Under the pieces are notes generated by a model. That model did not search any database and was not told where the DNA came from. It saw only the letters and a program-made list of their open reading frames with translations. From positions 1-42,884 of IMG/VR virus record IMGVR_UViG_3300045988_069332: 42,884 nucleotides of DNA; one strand, given 5' to 3'. The position numbers and the translations under genes are program-made. Shown here one piece after another: positions 32,225 through 39,463 of the stretch. Position 1 is the first letter of the stretch, and every line of letters begins with the position of its first letter. The DNA comes from a virus.

Positions 32225-32874
32225 AGGCGGTCACCTGCCGAGCGCCGGGCGGCTTCGTCCTTGCCGCAATCCACGCACAGCACTTCGCCGAACTTCTCCT
32301 TGCTGGCCTTCGCCAGCTCCTGGGCGGTGCGGTTGCCGTAGGGCTTGATCTCATGGCCGCAGGCGGTGCAGTAGATCGGGACGGCATCGGACTGGTTCGC
32401 CGGGGTGCCGGTCTGTTTCTTCTGCTCGGTCTCCTGTTGGTTCTGTTCGCTCTCTGGGGGCTTCTTTTGGGCGGGCGGGTCTTCCGGCAGGTCTTCGCCC
32501 GCGTAGATGTACAGGCCCAATCCGTGGCGGGCAATGGCCTTCGTCAGGCTCCGCTGGATGGTCTTGTTGACGGCGAAGCTGTCTACCTGCGCCAGAGGGA
32601 TGCTGTGGTTCAGCGCGTCCATCACCGGCAGGTACTCGATGTGCTCCAGCGAGGTCTCCCCGTCCACAAGCGTCACGCCGGTCTTCACCCAGCAGGTCTT
32701 GCCGTCGGTGTGGTAGGGGTTGCCGTTGGCCGCCTCATAGACGGTGTAGTAGCTCATGGGGTAGCGCTTTTTCAGCTCGCCCCATGCCCAAGCCCAGCTC
32801 AGGTAAGTCAGGTTTCCTTTCTTCTCGGTGTGGCCGCTTACGTCCACGCCGTTCAAAATTTCAAACGGGCTCAT
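32221..32874 (-). CDS. Single-strand annealing protein, Sak/Rad52-like (DUF1071) with C-terminal zinc ribbon (217 aa)
   Basis: LTYLSWAWAWGELKKRYP...LPVMD..N...RHGLGLYIYAGEDLP. ATG at 32874 with a GGAGG-rich RBS. Confidence 0.75.
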   Translation of the reverse strand: MSPFEILNGVDVSGHTEKKGNLTYLSWAWAWGELKKRYPMSYYTVYEAANGNPYHTDGKTCWVKTGVTLVDGETSLEHIEYLPVMDALNHSIPLAQVDSFAVNKTIQRSLTKAIARHGLGLYIYAGEDLPEDPPAQKKPPESEQNQQETEQKKQTGTPANQSDAVPIYCTACGHEIKPYGNRTAQELAKASKEKFGEVLCVDCGKDEAARRSAGDRL

Positions 32875-33094
32875 TTCCTTCCTCCTCCTTCTCCAGCGGG
32901 CACCAGAGGCCGAAACGCTTCGGCGCCCAGATGATCTCCCCGGTGACGTTACAGCGCTTGCGGTCGCGGTTGTATGCGTCGGTCTGGCAATACTTGCAGC
33001 CCTCGCAGCACTGGTGGTCGGGGTCAAAGCCTACGCGGTCGGTCAGGCGATAGACCGCCGGGCGGATACCTCCATGCACGGCCTGTCCCTCCAT
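32861..33094 (-). CDS. Small Cys-rich protein (73-77 aa)
   Basis: HQCCEGCKYCQ...RCNV...WCPL. Start is either the ATG at 33094 or the GTG at 33082 (GGAGGG 6 nt upstream). Overlaps the neighbouring genes. Confidence 0.45.
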   Translation of the reverse strand: MEGQAVHGGIRPAVYRLTDRVGFDPDHQCCEGCKYCQTDAYNRDRKRCNVTGEIIWAPKRFGLWCPLEKEEEGNEPV

Positions 33095-33375
33095 TCCATG
33101 TAACTGTCATAGTAGGGGGAGCACTCCACGAGGCCGCAGGCCCATTCTATGGCCCGGTCGGGCTGATCCTGCTCGATCATGTCCCAGATCACTTCCATCA
33201 GGTCTTTCTGGGGCTCTTGGGAAAACTTGTGTACGTTCATGCCGATGGCCGCCGCCCGCCAGCCGAGGTGCTTCTCCCGCACATAGGCCATGCGGTTTTC
33301 GTCGGTGTCGGGCAGCATCTTGGAGGGCTCGTAGTAGTCGCCGATCACGGCTGGATTCTCTAGTTCATATCCCAT
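33043..33375 (-). CDS. Hypothetical protein (110 aa)
   Basis: ATG at 33375 (MGYELENP). The upstream part of the track ORF overlaps the 33360..33548 gene. Confidence 0.5.
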   Translation of the reverse strand: MGYELENPAVIGDYYEPSKMLPDTDENRMAYVREKHLGWRAAAIGMNVHKFSQEPQKDLMEVIWDMIEQDQPDRAIEWACGLVECSPYYDSYMEWRDRPCMEVSARRSIA

Positions 33376-33548
33376 TCTTCCCACGCCTTTCTCATCCTTA
33401 GTTTCTGGTCTTCCAGCTGGCTCGCCGGGGTGCGGTCGTAGTCTCCGCGCCCGGGCTTCTTCCGCCGCTTGGGGCGGTCGGGGCGCTGGCACTCGTGGGC
33501 CTCCCACGGTTGATCCAGATACGCCCCGCATTCGCAGCAGCGATACAT
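33360..33548 (-). CDS. Small zinc-ribbon-like protein (62 aa)
   Basis: MYRCCECGAYL...HEC. AAGGAG 9 nt upstream. Confidence 0.6.
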   Translation of the reverse strand: MYRCCECGAYLDQPWEAHECQRPDRPKRRKKPGRGDYDRTPASQLEDQKLRMRKAWEEWDMN

Positions 33549-33576
33549 TGCGTTTCGCTCCTTTTTGTGTTATAAT
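33548..33576 (+). promoter_or_regulatory. Plus-strand sigma-A promoter with extended -10 (TTGCGT-17-TGtTATAAT)
   Basis: TTGCGT at 33548-33553, TG at 33568-33569, TATAAT at 33571-33576. Antisense to the early operon. Confidence 0.55.
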
Positions 33577-33583
33577 GATGGTG

Positions 33584-33670
33584 GTTGTTTTGGACTGGCT
33601 TTCCTTTCGCGCCTCATCCTTTTGTCTTGGTACCCCTTGGGCTCGTGCTGGTAACACGAGCCCTCTTTTT
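33584..33670 (+). ncRNA. Candidate ~85-nt antisense small RNA (OOP-like)
   Basis: Runs from the promoter above to a terminator: 9-bp stem gggctcgtg/cacgagccc (33639-33663) followed by tcTTTTT. No SD or ORF inside. Confidence 0.4.
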
Positions 33671-33890
33671 ATACCAGTCCGTGGCCCCACGCGATGAACG
33701 CGCCCACAAACAGCGCCACGGCGGCGAACATGGCGACGATCACTTCCCAGCTCTTATCGGGCGGGCAGACCTCCGAGGCCATCCAGCGCAGGCGGCGCTT
33801 GTAGCGCAGCAGGTTCAGGCCGGTGCGGGGGATGTACTCCATCATGGGGATGCCGGTAAACATCTTAGGTACGATGCGCATCATTCTCAC
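33669..33890 (-). CDS. Small protein with C-terminal TM (73 aa)
   Basis: WEVIVAMFAAVALFVGAFIAWG. Confidence 0.5.
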   Translation of the reverse strand: MRMMRIVPKMFTGIPMMEYIPRTGLNLLRYKRRLRWMASEVCPPDKSWEVIVAMFAAVALFVGAFIAWGHGLV

Positions 33891-34216
33891 CTCCTTTTGA
33901 TTCTCAATTTCCCGTCTTGGTCGATATATCCGCCCTCCGGGGCTTCTTCCATCGCCCGCCGGTGCTGCCGGACGGGCTTTTTCGCGGGCCGTCTGGCCTC
34001 CTGTGCCATATCCTGCCGGGCTAGCTGCCAGCGGGTCACGGCCCGCTCGGTGGTGGCCAGTCGCGGGCGGGGGCTGCTGGGGTCAACGCCCACCGCGAAG
34101 CTCTCGATCTGCCCCGACCGCATCAGGCGGCATACGTTCTGGTAGGTCATGCCGGTGGCCTCGGCCACCTGCCGGGGGGTCATTTGGCGCTCCATCTTCT
34201 TGCCTCCCTTCGTCAT
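33887..34216 (-). CDS. Excisionase-family (MerR-like) HTH protein (109 aa)
   Basis: MTPRQVAEATGMTYQNVCRLMRSGQIESFAVG. The ATGA-coupled ATG at 34216 and the ATG at 34195 (GGGAGG 7 nt upstream) are both possible starts. Confidence 0.6.
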   Translation of the reverse strand: MTKGGKKMERQMTPRQVAEATGMTYQNVCRLMRSGQIESFAVGVDPSSPRPRLATTERAVTRWQLARQDMAQEARRPAKKPVRQHRRAMEEAPEGGYIDQDGKLRIKRR

Positions 34217-34647
34217 TTCCCGATCCTCGCAAGGGTGTCGCTCAGGCTGGCGATCAGCGCCCTGATCTTCTCGGCGTACTGCCCGCTCAAGTCCTGATCG
34301 TCGATGTGCCCGTCCATCACGTCCCGCTCCACGGCCTCCTGCAGCTGGGCCACATCGGCCATGGTGTAGCGGTTTCGCATCACGCTCACCGGCAGAGCCA
34401 TGTCGGCGCAGCCGATATAGCGGCGGCGGTAGCTGTCGTAATGGCTGAGCATCCATTTATGCCAGAGGGTGGGCTCGCCCAGCGCCTCGCCGATGTTGTC
34501 GATATCCTCCGGCGTGGGCACCGTCTCGCCGCTTTCCCAGCGCTCGATGGTGCTTTCGCTCACGCCTATCTTCTCGCCCAGCTTCCAGCGGGGCAGGCCC
34601 TTTGCTTCCCGGGCTTTTCGCAGGTCTTTTTCCGTAAATTCTGCCAT
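34213..34647 (-). CDS. XRE-family HTH protein of the early operon (144 aa)
   Basis: ATG at 34647 with GGAGG 8 nt upstream. LPRWKLGEKIGVSESTIERWESGETVP. Confidence 0.75.
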   Translation of the reverse strand: MAEFTEKDLRKAREAKGLPRWKLGEKIGVSESTIERWESGETVPTPEDIDNIGEALGEPTLWHKWMLSHYDSYRRRYIGCADMALPVSVMRNRYTMADVAQLQEAVERDVMDGHIDDQDLSGQYAEKIRALIASLSDTLARIGK

Positions 34648-34668
34648 GTTTCGTGCCTCCATGGTGTG

Positions 34669-34839
34669 CTATGCTTTCGCTGCGGGGGAATGGAAGGGGG
34701 CTTCCCGCTTCAGAGCTTCCCGCAGGTAGTACACGATCTGCTGATTGACGCTTCGGTTGTCCCGCTGGGCGGCGGTCACAACTTCCGCAAGGATTTTTTC
34801 ATCGATGCGCAGAGTTGTTTTCTTCTGATTGGCCGTCAC
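34669..34839 (-). CDS. Ribbon-helix-helix (Arc/CopG-like) protein, 56 aa (not in the ORF track)
   Basis: GTG at 34839 with AGGAGG 10 nt upstream. MTANQKKTTLRIDEKILAEVVTAAQRDNRSVNQQIVYYLREALKRE is a textbook RHH. Confidence 0.7.
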   Translation of the reverse strand: MTANQKKTTLRIDEKILAEVVTAAQRDNRSVNQQIVYYLREALKREAPFHSPAAKA

Positions 34840-34888
34840 TGTGCCGTCACCTCCTGTTTATTATATCATGCCGTCACCTTGCCGTCAA
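34831..34888 (-). promoter_or_regulatory. Early promoter (TTGACG-17-TATAAT) interleaved with four 9-bp TGCCGTCAC operators in two 11-bp-spaced pairs
   Basis: -35 at 34888-34883 and -10 at 34865-34860 (minus strand). Repeats at 34832-39, 34842-50, 34869-77 and 34880-88. A fifth copy lies at 34942-50. Confidence 0.7.
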
Positions 34889-34940
34889 TGAGCCGCGCGA
34901 ACTTTTTCCGGGGTATAATCCGCAGAAAGGAGGGGATTTC

Positions 34941-35123
34941 GTGCCGTCGAATCTGCCAAAGTTTACGCTGCGCACCGACCGGGTGACGCTGGAAAAGTTC
35001 CGATTTGTGGCTGACAACAATTTCCGCACCGTGAACCGGGAGTTGGAAATGCTGATGCAGCGCCACATTGCCGAGTACGAGAAGGAACACGGGGAAATCC
35101 GGGTGCCGGAGGGGGAGGACTGA
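34941..35123 (+). CDS. Ribbon-helix-helix protein (60 aa), divergent from the early operon
   Basis: GTG at 34941 with AAAGGAGGGG 5 nt upstream. KFTLRTDRVTLEKFRFVADNNFRTVNRELEMLMQRHIAEYE. Confidence 0.7.
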   Translation: MPSNLPKFTLRTDRVTLEKFRFVADNNFRTVNRELEMLMQRHIAEYEKEHGEIRVPEGED

Positions 35124-35572
35124 TGAAGAACCCATCGGTCGAAGACCTTGCCTATCTCAAGTCCCTCCGGGACGCTCCCGGCGGGCGGCTTCCGCTTCCC
35201 CAAGATCACATAACCATGCAGCGGGTAAAAGCGCTTCAGCAGAAGGGCTTTGTCAGGGTGATCCAGCGCTCCTTGCTGGAATTGGGTGAAGACTGCGTTG
35301 AGATCACCGTGGCCGGTCGTGACGCTGTATCCGCGTGGGAACGCTCACTGGATGCCGAGAACAAAGAACTTGAACGCCTGCGTCAGGAGGCCGAGAAGGA
35401 AGCCGCACAAAGCGCCAAGCAGGATGCGTCCGAGAGGCGAGCCGCCCGGCGCTCGTGGTGGCAGTTTTGGCTTGGTCTTCTGATGGGCTGGATTCTTGGC
35501 GGTTTCACGGCCCGTGAGGCTTTCACATGGCTTGCCGCTTTGTTTCAAGGCTCTGCTCCTCCTGTCGGTTGA
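35123..35572 (+). CDS. Membrane-anchored protein with winged-helix-like N-terminus and coiled coil (149 aa)
   Basis: TGATG coupling to the RHH gene. C-terminal TM WWQFWLGLLMGWILGGF. Confidence 0.6.
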   Translation: MKNPSVEDLAYLKSLRDAPGGRLPLPQDHITMQRVKALQQKGFVRVIQRSLLELGEDCVEITVAGRDAVSAWERSLDAENKELERLRQEAEKEAAQSAKQDASERRAARRSWWQFWLGLLMGWILGGFTAREAFTWLAALFQGSAPPVG

Positions 35573-35756
35573 TGGGTTCAAAGAACTTCGTCCACTCCAC
35601 GCCGAGGGCCGCGGCGATGCGCTGGGCCGTGGGGACGGAGGGAAGACGGATACCACTTTCATAACGGCTAATGGACACGTAAGAAACATTGGCGACCTTC
35701 GCAAGCTCTTTCTGGGTCATATGTTTTGCCTTGCGTGCCTCTCGGATTTTTACCAC
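35523..35756 (-). CDS. Cro-like XRE HTH protein (77 aa)
   Basis: GTG start. VKIREARKAKHMTQKELAKVANVSYVSISRYESG. Divergent from the cI-like gene. Its 3' end overlaps 35123..35572 by 50 nt. Confidence 0.7.
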   Translation of the reverse strand: MVKIREARKAKHMTQKELAKVANVSYVSISRYESGIRLPSVPTAQRIAAALGVEWTKFFEPINRQEEQSLETKRQAM

Positions 35757-35771
35757 TTAACCACCTTCTTT

Positions 35772-35861
35772 TACCTTTTCGGTAAGTCTATTATATACCT
35801 ATTCGGTTAATTGTCAATAACAAATTTAACTCTTTGGATATTTTCTTTTTACCTTTTTGGT
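35772..35861. promoter_or_regulatory. Switch region with three TACCT(t/a)TT(c/t)GGT operator-like sites
   Basis: taccttttcggta at 35772-84, tacctattcggtt at 35796-808, tacctttttggt at 35850-61. All in the AT-rich divergent intergenic region. Confidence 0.6.
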
Positions 35862-35889
35862 TGTATACTTTTGCTGATGAGGTGGAAAC

Positions 35890-36210
35890 ATGGAACGCTT
35901 GAGAGAGCTTCGGTTGAAACGCGGAATGACGCAAACACAAGTCGGTGACTTAATAGGTGTTTCCTGCGTTACTATTGGGAGATACGAAGCCGGAGAAAGA
36001 GAGCCGTCAAACGCAAAAATAGCGGCTCTTGCAGATTATTTTGGCGTTTCCGTTGATTATCTAATGGGGCATGACGAGCAGCTTCAGTCCTCCCCCTCCC
36101 CAGCCGACCGGCAAAGGCGGGACGTGGAGACAATGCTGCGGGCGATGTCCGAGGCCGATCTGGAAAAGGTATATGACTATGCCCGGTTCATCACGCGGGA
36201 TAAAAAATGA
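35890..36210 (+). CDS. CI-like XRE-family repressor (106 aa)
   Basis: MERLRELRLKRGMTQTQVGDLIGVSCVTIGRYEAGEREPS. GAGGTGG RBS. Confidence 0.75.
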   Translation: MERLRELRLKRGMTQTQVGDLIGVSCVTIGRYEAGEREPSNAKIAALADYFGVSVDYLMGHDEQLQSSPSPADRQRRDVETMLRAMSEADLEKVYDYARFITRDKK

Positions 36211-36258
36211 TCTTCGCGGCCACGGTCTGGCCGTAAAAATTGGAAAAGAGGGGTTCTT

Positions 36259-36531
36259 ATGATCAAAGCAACTCGTTGGTTTGCCTATCTAATTCTTCTT
36301 GGCGGCGTTATAGGCGCGTTTCTGTCGTTTAATGTTTATAGCTGGGCCCCGTCCGCTTCGACTCTCGGCGGCGGCGTCGTTGGATTCCTGCTGTTCGGCT
36401 CCATCAGCTTGTCGTTGGAGTACAAGGAGGAAGCGGAAAAGCAGCGCAAGGCCATGCTGGAAGAGCTGAAGGCCATCCGGCAGCAGCTTTGCCCCGAAGC
36501 GCCCGCAGAGCAAAAAGAAGAAACCAAATAA
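36259..36531 (+). CDS. Two-TM membrane protein (90 aa), co-transcribed with the repressor
   Basis: WFAYLILLGGVIGAFL and GGGVVGFLLFGSISL. Followed by the hairpin agcgcc-gaaa-ggcgct. Confidence 0.65.
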   Translation: MIKATRWFAYLILLGGVIGAFLSFNVYSWAPSASTLGGGVVGFLLFGSISLSLEYKEEAEKQRKAMLEELKAIRQQLCPEAPAEQKEETK

Positions 36532-36566
36532 AAAAGCGCCGAAAGGCGCTGGGGGGATGATTTTTG

Positions 36567-37193
36567 ATGCAAAACCAACCGGCGGGTTGGGAGGTAGGGG
36601 ACATAATAGCGGGGCTTGCCCTCGGATTGTCACTGATTAATCTAATTGTTGGTGTTTTCGTAGAGAGATACAGACGGCGACGCTCGATTTCTATCGAGGA
36701 CGCATTTTTATTCCCCGTTGGCTATACATCTGATTTTTGCTGGCTGGTTGTGCTGGCAACGCTTGTCAATAACACTCATGCCTGTTTGTCGTTCACCAAC
36801 GCAAGACTTCGGTTGAAAGACGGGGAGATAAAAAACGAGATCAATCTCCGCGTACTTCCCTTCGGGGAAAAGAAGATCGAATTGGATTCCCTTCCGATCA
36901 TCATCCCGGAACGAGGGGCGGAGCGGGTCACATTCGCCTTTCGGTTGAAAAGCGAAATGGATTCCCTCACAGCCCCATTCGTTCGGTGCAAGAATGAAGA
37001 AATTCGGAAACTTTGCTTCCCAAACGTGAATGTCTTGGTGCCGTCTGGCGGCAGCCACGAAGGGCAATGTCGTAAATTTCCTGATAATTCGGGGTTAAAG
37101 GATTTCCATCTTCCTTTGTCTTTTCTAGTTTCTGGCAAATTGCTTCAAAAAGATGTCTGCTTTGCCGTTGACGACATTCGATCGTTGCTTTAA
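36567..37193 (+). CDS. N-terminally anchored protein of unknown function (208 aa); exclusion/defence candidate
   Basis: ATG at 36567. TM IIAGLALGLSLINLIVGVFV followed by a beta-rich domain. AT-rich. Confidence 0.55.
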   Translation: MQNQPAGWEVGDIIAGLALGLSLINLIVGVFVERYRRRRSISIEDAFLFPVGYTSDFCWLVVLATLVNNTHACLSFTNARLRLKDGEIKNEINLRVLPFGEKKIELDSLPIIIPERGAERVTFAFRLKSEMDSLTAPFVRCKNEEIRKLCFPNVNVLVPSGGSHEGQCRKFPDNSGLKDFHLPLSFLVSGKLLQKDVCFAVDDIRSLL

Positions 37194-37305
37194 TGACAAA
37201 ATGAGTGTTTTCCACGATTGCGGCGGCAATAACAACCGCAACGGCGGTCAGGCCAACCGTGACACTTGCTACGACAGCGCTTAAACAGATCAATAGAAAA
37301 TTCAA
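36967..37305 (-). CDS. TM protein (112 aa) convergent with and overlapping 36567..37193
   Basis: TTG start with AAGGAGGG 7 nt upstream and its own promoter. MNFLLICLSAVVASVTVGLTAVAVVIAAAIV. Confidence 0.5.
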   Translation of the reverse strand: MNFLLICLSAVVASVTVGLTAVAVVIAAAIVENTHFVIKATIECRQRQSRHLFEAICQKLEKTKEDGNPLTPNYQEIYDIALRGCRQTAPRHSRLGSKVSEFLHSCTERMGL

Positions 37306-37327
37306 ATGCTTTCCCTCCTTGGCCTTA

Positions 37328-37368
37328 ATGATAGTTCCAGTATATTCTATTGGTCAATAGATAGTCAA
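37328..37368 (-). promoter_or_regulatory. Promoter(s) for the 37305 gene (TTGACT-18-TATACT / TTGACC-18-TATCAT)
   Basis: Read on the minus strand. The region contains the palindrome ctattg-gt-caatag. Confidence 0.5.
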
Positions 37369-37469
37369 ATGGTTTTGAGGAATTCAAGAAACTTTTGAAA
37401 TTCCTCGTCGCTCATTTCTACCACTTTTTTCACGATCTTTTCAATGGTTTCCTCTCGCCGGTCTTTCAT
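37365..37469 (-). CDS. 34-aa charged peptide (not in the ORF track)
   Basis: MKDRREETIEKIVKKVVEMSDEEFQKFLEFLKTI. ATGA-coupled to the 44-aa ORF. Confidence 0.35.
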   Translation of the reverse strand: MKDRREETIEKIVKKVVEMSDEEFQKFLEFLKTI

Positions 37470-37600
37470 GCCCTGTTCCTTTCAGCCCCGCATAGGCTGT
37501 TGTAAATCATTCGCACGAATTTATAGATTTTTTTCAGTGCGCTCTCCGGGCAAACAGCCTGTACCATGCGGATAATTTCGTTACGGTAGTCCATTTCCAT
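37466..37600 (-). CDS. 44-aa small protein
   Basis: ATG at 37600 with a GGGGAGGAAAA RBS. MEMDYRNEIIRMVQAVCPESALKKIYKFVRMIYNSL. Confidence 0.45.
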   Translation of the reverse strand: MEMDYRNEIIRMVQAVCPESALKKIYKFVRMIYNSLCGAERNRA

Positions 37601-37726
37601 TTTTCCTCCCCAGTTGTCTTTTGGCGTTGCGCCCTGTTCTGCTTCCGTGATACTACACACCGCCAAAATAGGCAATAGGCAGAAATGGGACGTTCGACAA
37701 AATGCGACAGAATAGGAGGCCTAAAT

Positions 37727-38281
37727 ATGGGACAAACTGACCAAAAATATGGGACAATTATTGATATGGACGACCTGCGGGAGCGCATAAAGGCAGAAAT
37801 GGGGCGGCAGGAAATCGGAATCGGAAAACTGTCCGCAATGACCGGAATCCCGAAAAGCACCATCGACAATTTTATCAATACCTCTACAGTCCCCGCCTTT
37901 GATCGCGTGTACCAGATCACAACGGCCCTTGGGTTGGAGATCGTGGAACAGCCGCCGGACATCCCGGAGGACGCACCAGCGAAGCACGGCTACACGTCGG
38001 AGTATGTCAACGACATGAACGCCGTCCACCAACAGGAGAAAACCGACATACGGGAAAACCAGCGCTATGCCATTGACGCATTGAAAGAAGCGTATGAAAA
38101 CGAACGGGAAATTACGCAGCAGCTAATCACATCCCTGAAAAAGGAAAAACGCATATGGTGTATTCTGGCCGTCGTTATGATTGCGTTTATTTGTGTGTGG
38201 TTTATTTGGGATATCACGAGCCCCGCCTGCGGAATCATCCGCTACAACCGCTCCCTTGTCGGCCCATTCGCCAAGGGCTGA
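37727..38281 (+). CDS. Membrane-tethered XRE-like HTH protein (184 aa), upstream of the integrase gene
   Basis: ATG at 37727 with AGGAGG 7 nt upstream. IGKLSAMTGIPKSTIDNFINTS HTH. C-terminal TM IWCILAVVMIAFICVWFIW. Confidence 0.65.
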   Translation: MGQTDQKYGTIIDMDDLRERIKAEMGRQEIGIGKLSAMTGIPKSTIDNFINTSTVPAFDRVYQITTALGLEIVEQPPDIPEDAPAKHGYTSEYVNDMNAVHQQEKTDIRENQRYAIDALKEAYENEREITQQLITSLKKEKRIWCILAVVMIAFICVWFIWDITSPACGIIRYNRSLVGPFAKG

Positions 38282-38296
38282 ATAGGAGGAAATAAT

Positions 38297-39463
38297 ATGC
38301 CACGCCAGACCCTCAAGCAACGCAAGGACGGTCGCTACAAGTGCGTTTACAAGGGCATTCAATTTTACGGGGAGACGCAATCCGAGGCATTAGCCGCCCG
38401 TGACGCTTACAAGCGGCAGGAGGCGCAGAAAAAGCCGCAGGACGTGACGGTGATGGCCTATGTCCTGCGGTGGCTCCCGGCGTACAAAAGCGGGGTTACG
38501 CGGCGAACCTATAATCTTTATGCCGGGATGCTGGAACGGTTTTCCTGGTTTGTTGGGGCAGAGACCCTGCTGCGGAACGTTACAAAAACAGATATCGCCG
38601 AATATTATAATACGATCTCCGACAGAAGCAGCTCCTATATCCACAAAACACAATATCTGATCCACGCGCTATTTGAGGACGCGCAGGACGACGGGATCAT
38701 CAACAGCGACCCTTCCCGCAAGATCAAGCCGCCGAAGGGCACAAGCGGAACGCACAGAGCCTTGGAGCCGTGGGAACGGCAGCTTGTTCACGAGATGGTA
38801 GATCATCCTTTCGGGGTTTGCGCCATGCTCATGCTGTATGGCGGCCTTCGCCGTGGGGAAGCATTGGCATTTGATATCGACCGGGACGTAGACTTCGACA
38901 AAGGGGTTATTTTCATTCGTTATGCTATGAGCTATTGCACCAGCCACCGGGGGACGGTCAAAGAGCCGAAAACAGAAGCAGGCGTTCGCACGATCCCGCT
39001 TTTCAATCCGCTGCGTGCCGTTCTTTCAGGGCGGCACGGTCTGGCATTCCAGCCAAAAAACGGGCAAACCACGCATTCTTCTTTTTTTAATGCGTGGAAC
39101 AGTTATATAAACAAAATGGAAGCCCTTCTCAACGGATGCTCAAAACGCTGGTATGGGCGGACAAAGGCTCAACAGGAGCTTGCCTCCGCCGGGCAGCTTC
39201 CGCCATGGAAAGAGATCACCATCCGCACCCACGACTTCAGGCATTCCTTCTGCACCATGTGCAGGGATGCGCATGTTCCAGCAGAGGTCCTTGTGCAATG
39301 GATGGGCCACAAAGACGATAGCATGATCCGGCAGATTTACGACCACATTTCCGATAAGCGCAGAATGGAAGCGAAGCAAAATGCCGAAAACGAAATGTCC
39401 ATCATTTTTGGCTTAGAGGTTCAAAACGAGGTTCAATCGTCCTTTGATATTCGCAAAGCATAG
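38297..39463 (+). CDS. int: Tyrosine integrase (388 aa)
   Basis: GLRRGEAL, HDFRHSFCT and MGHKDDSMIRQIYDH catalytic-type motifs. AGGAGGA RBS. Confidence 0.9.
   Translation: MPRQTLKQRKDGRYKCVYKGIQFYGETQSEALAARDAYKRQEAQKKPQDVTVMAYVLRWLPAYKSGVTRRTYNLYAGMLERFSWFVGAETLLRNVTKTDIAEYYNTISDRSSSYIHKTQYLIHALFEDAQDDGIINSDPSRKIKPPKGTSGTHRALEPWERQLVHEMVDHPFGVCAMLMLYGGLRRGEALAFDIDRDVDFDKGVIFIRYAMSYCTSHRGTVKEPKTEAGVRTIPLFNPLRAVLSGRHGLAFQPKNGQTTHSSFFNAWNSYINKMEALLNGCSKRWYGRTKAQQELASAGQLPPWKEITIRTHDFRHSFCTMCRDAHVPAEVLVQWMGHKDDSMIRQIYDHISDKRRMEAKQNAENEMSIIFGLEVQNEVQSSFDIRKA
39421..39436. repeat. 16-bp direct repeat ttcaaaacgaggttca (copy 1, inside the int 3' end)
   Basis: Identical to 39639-39654. Confidence 0.9.
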
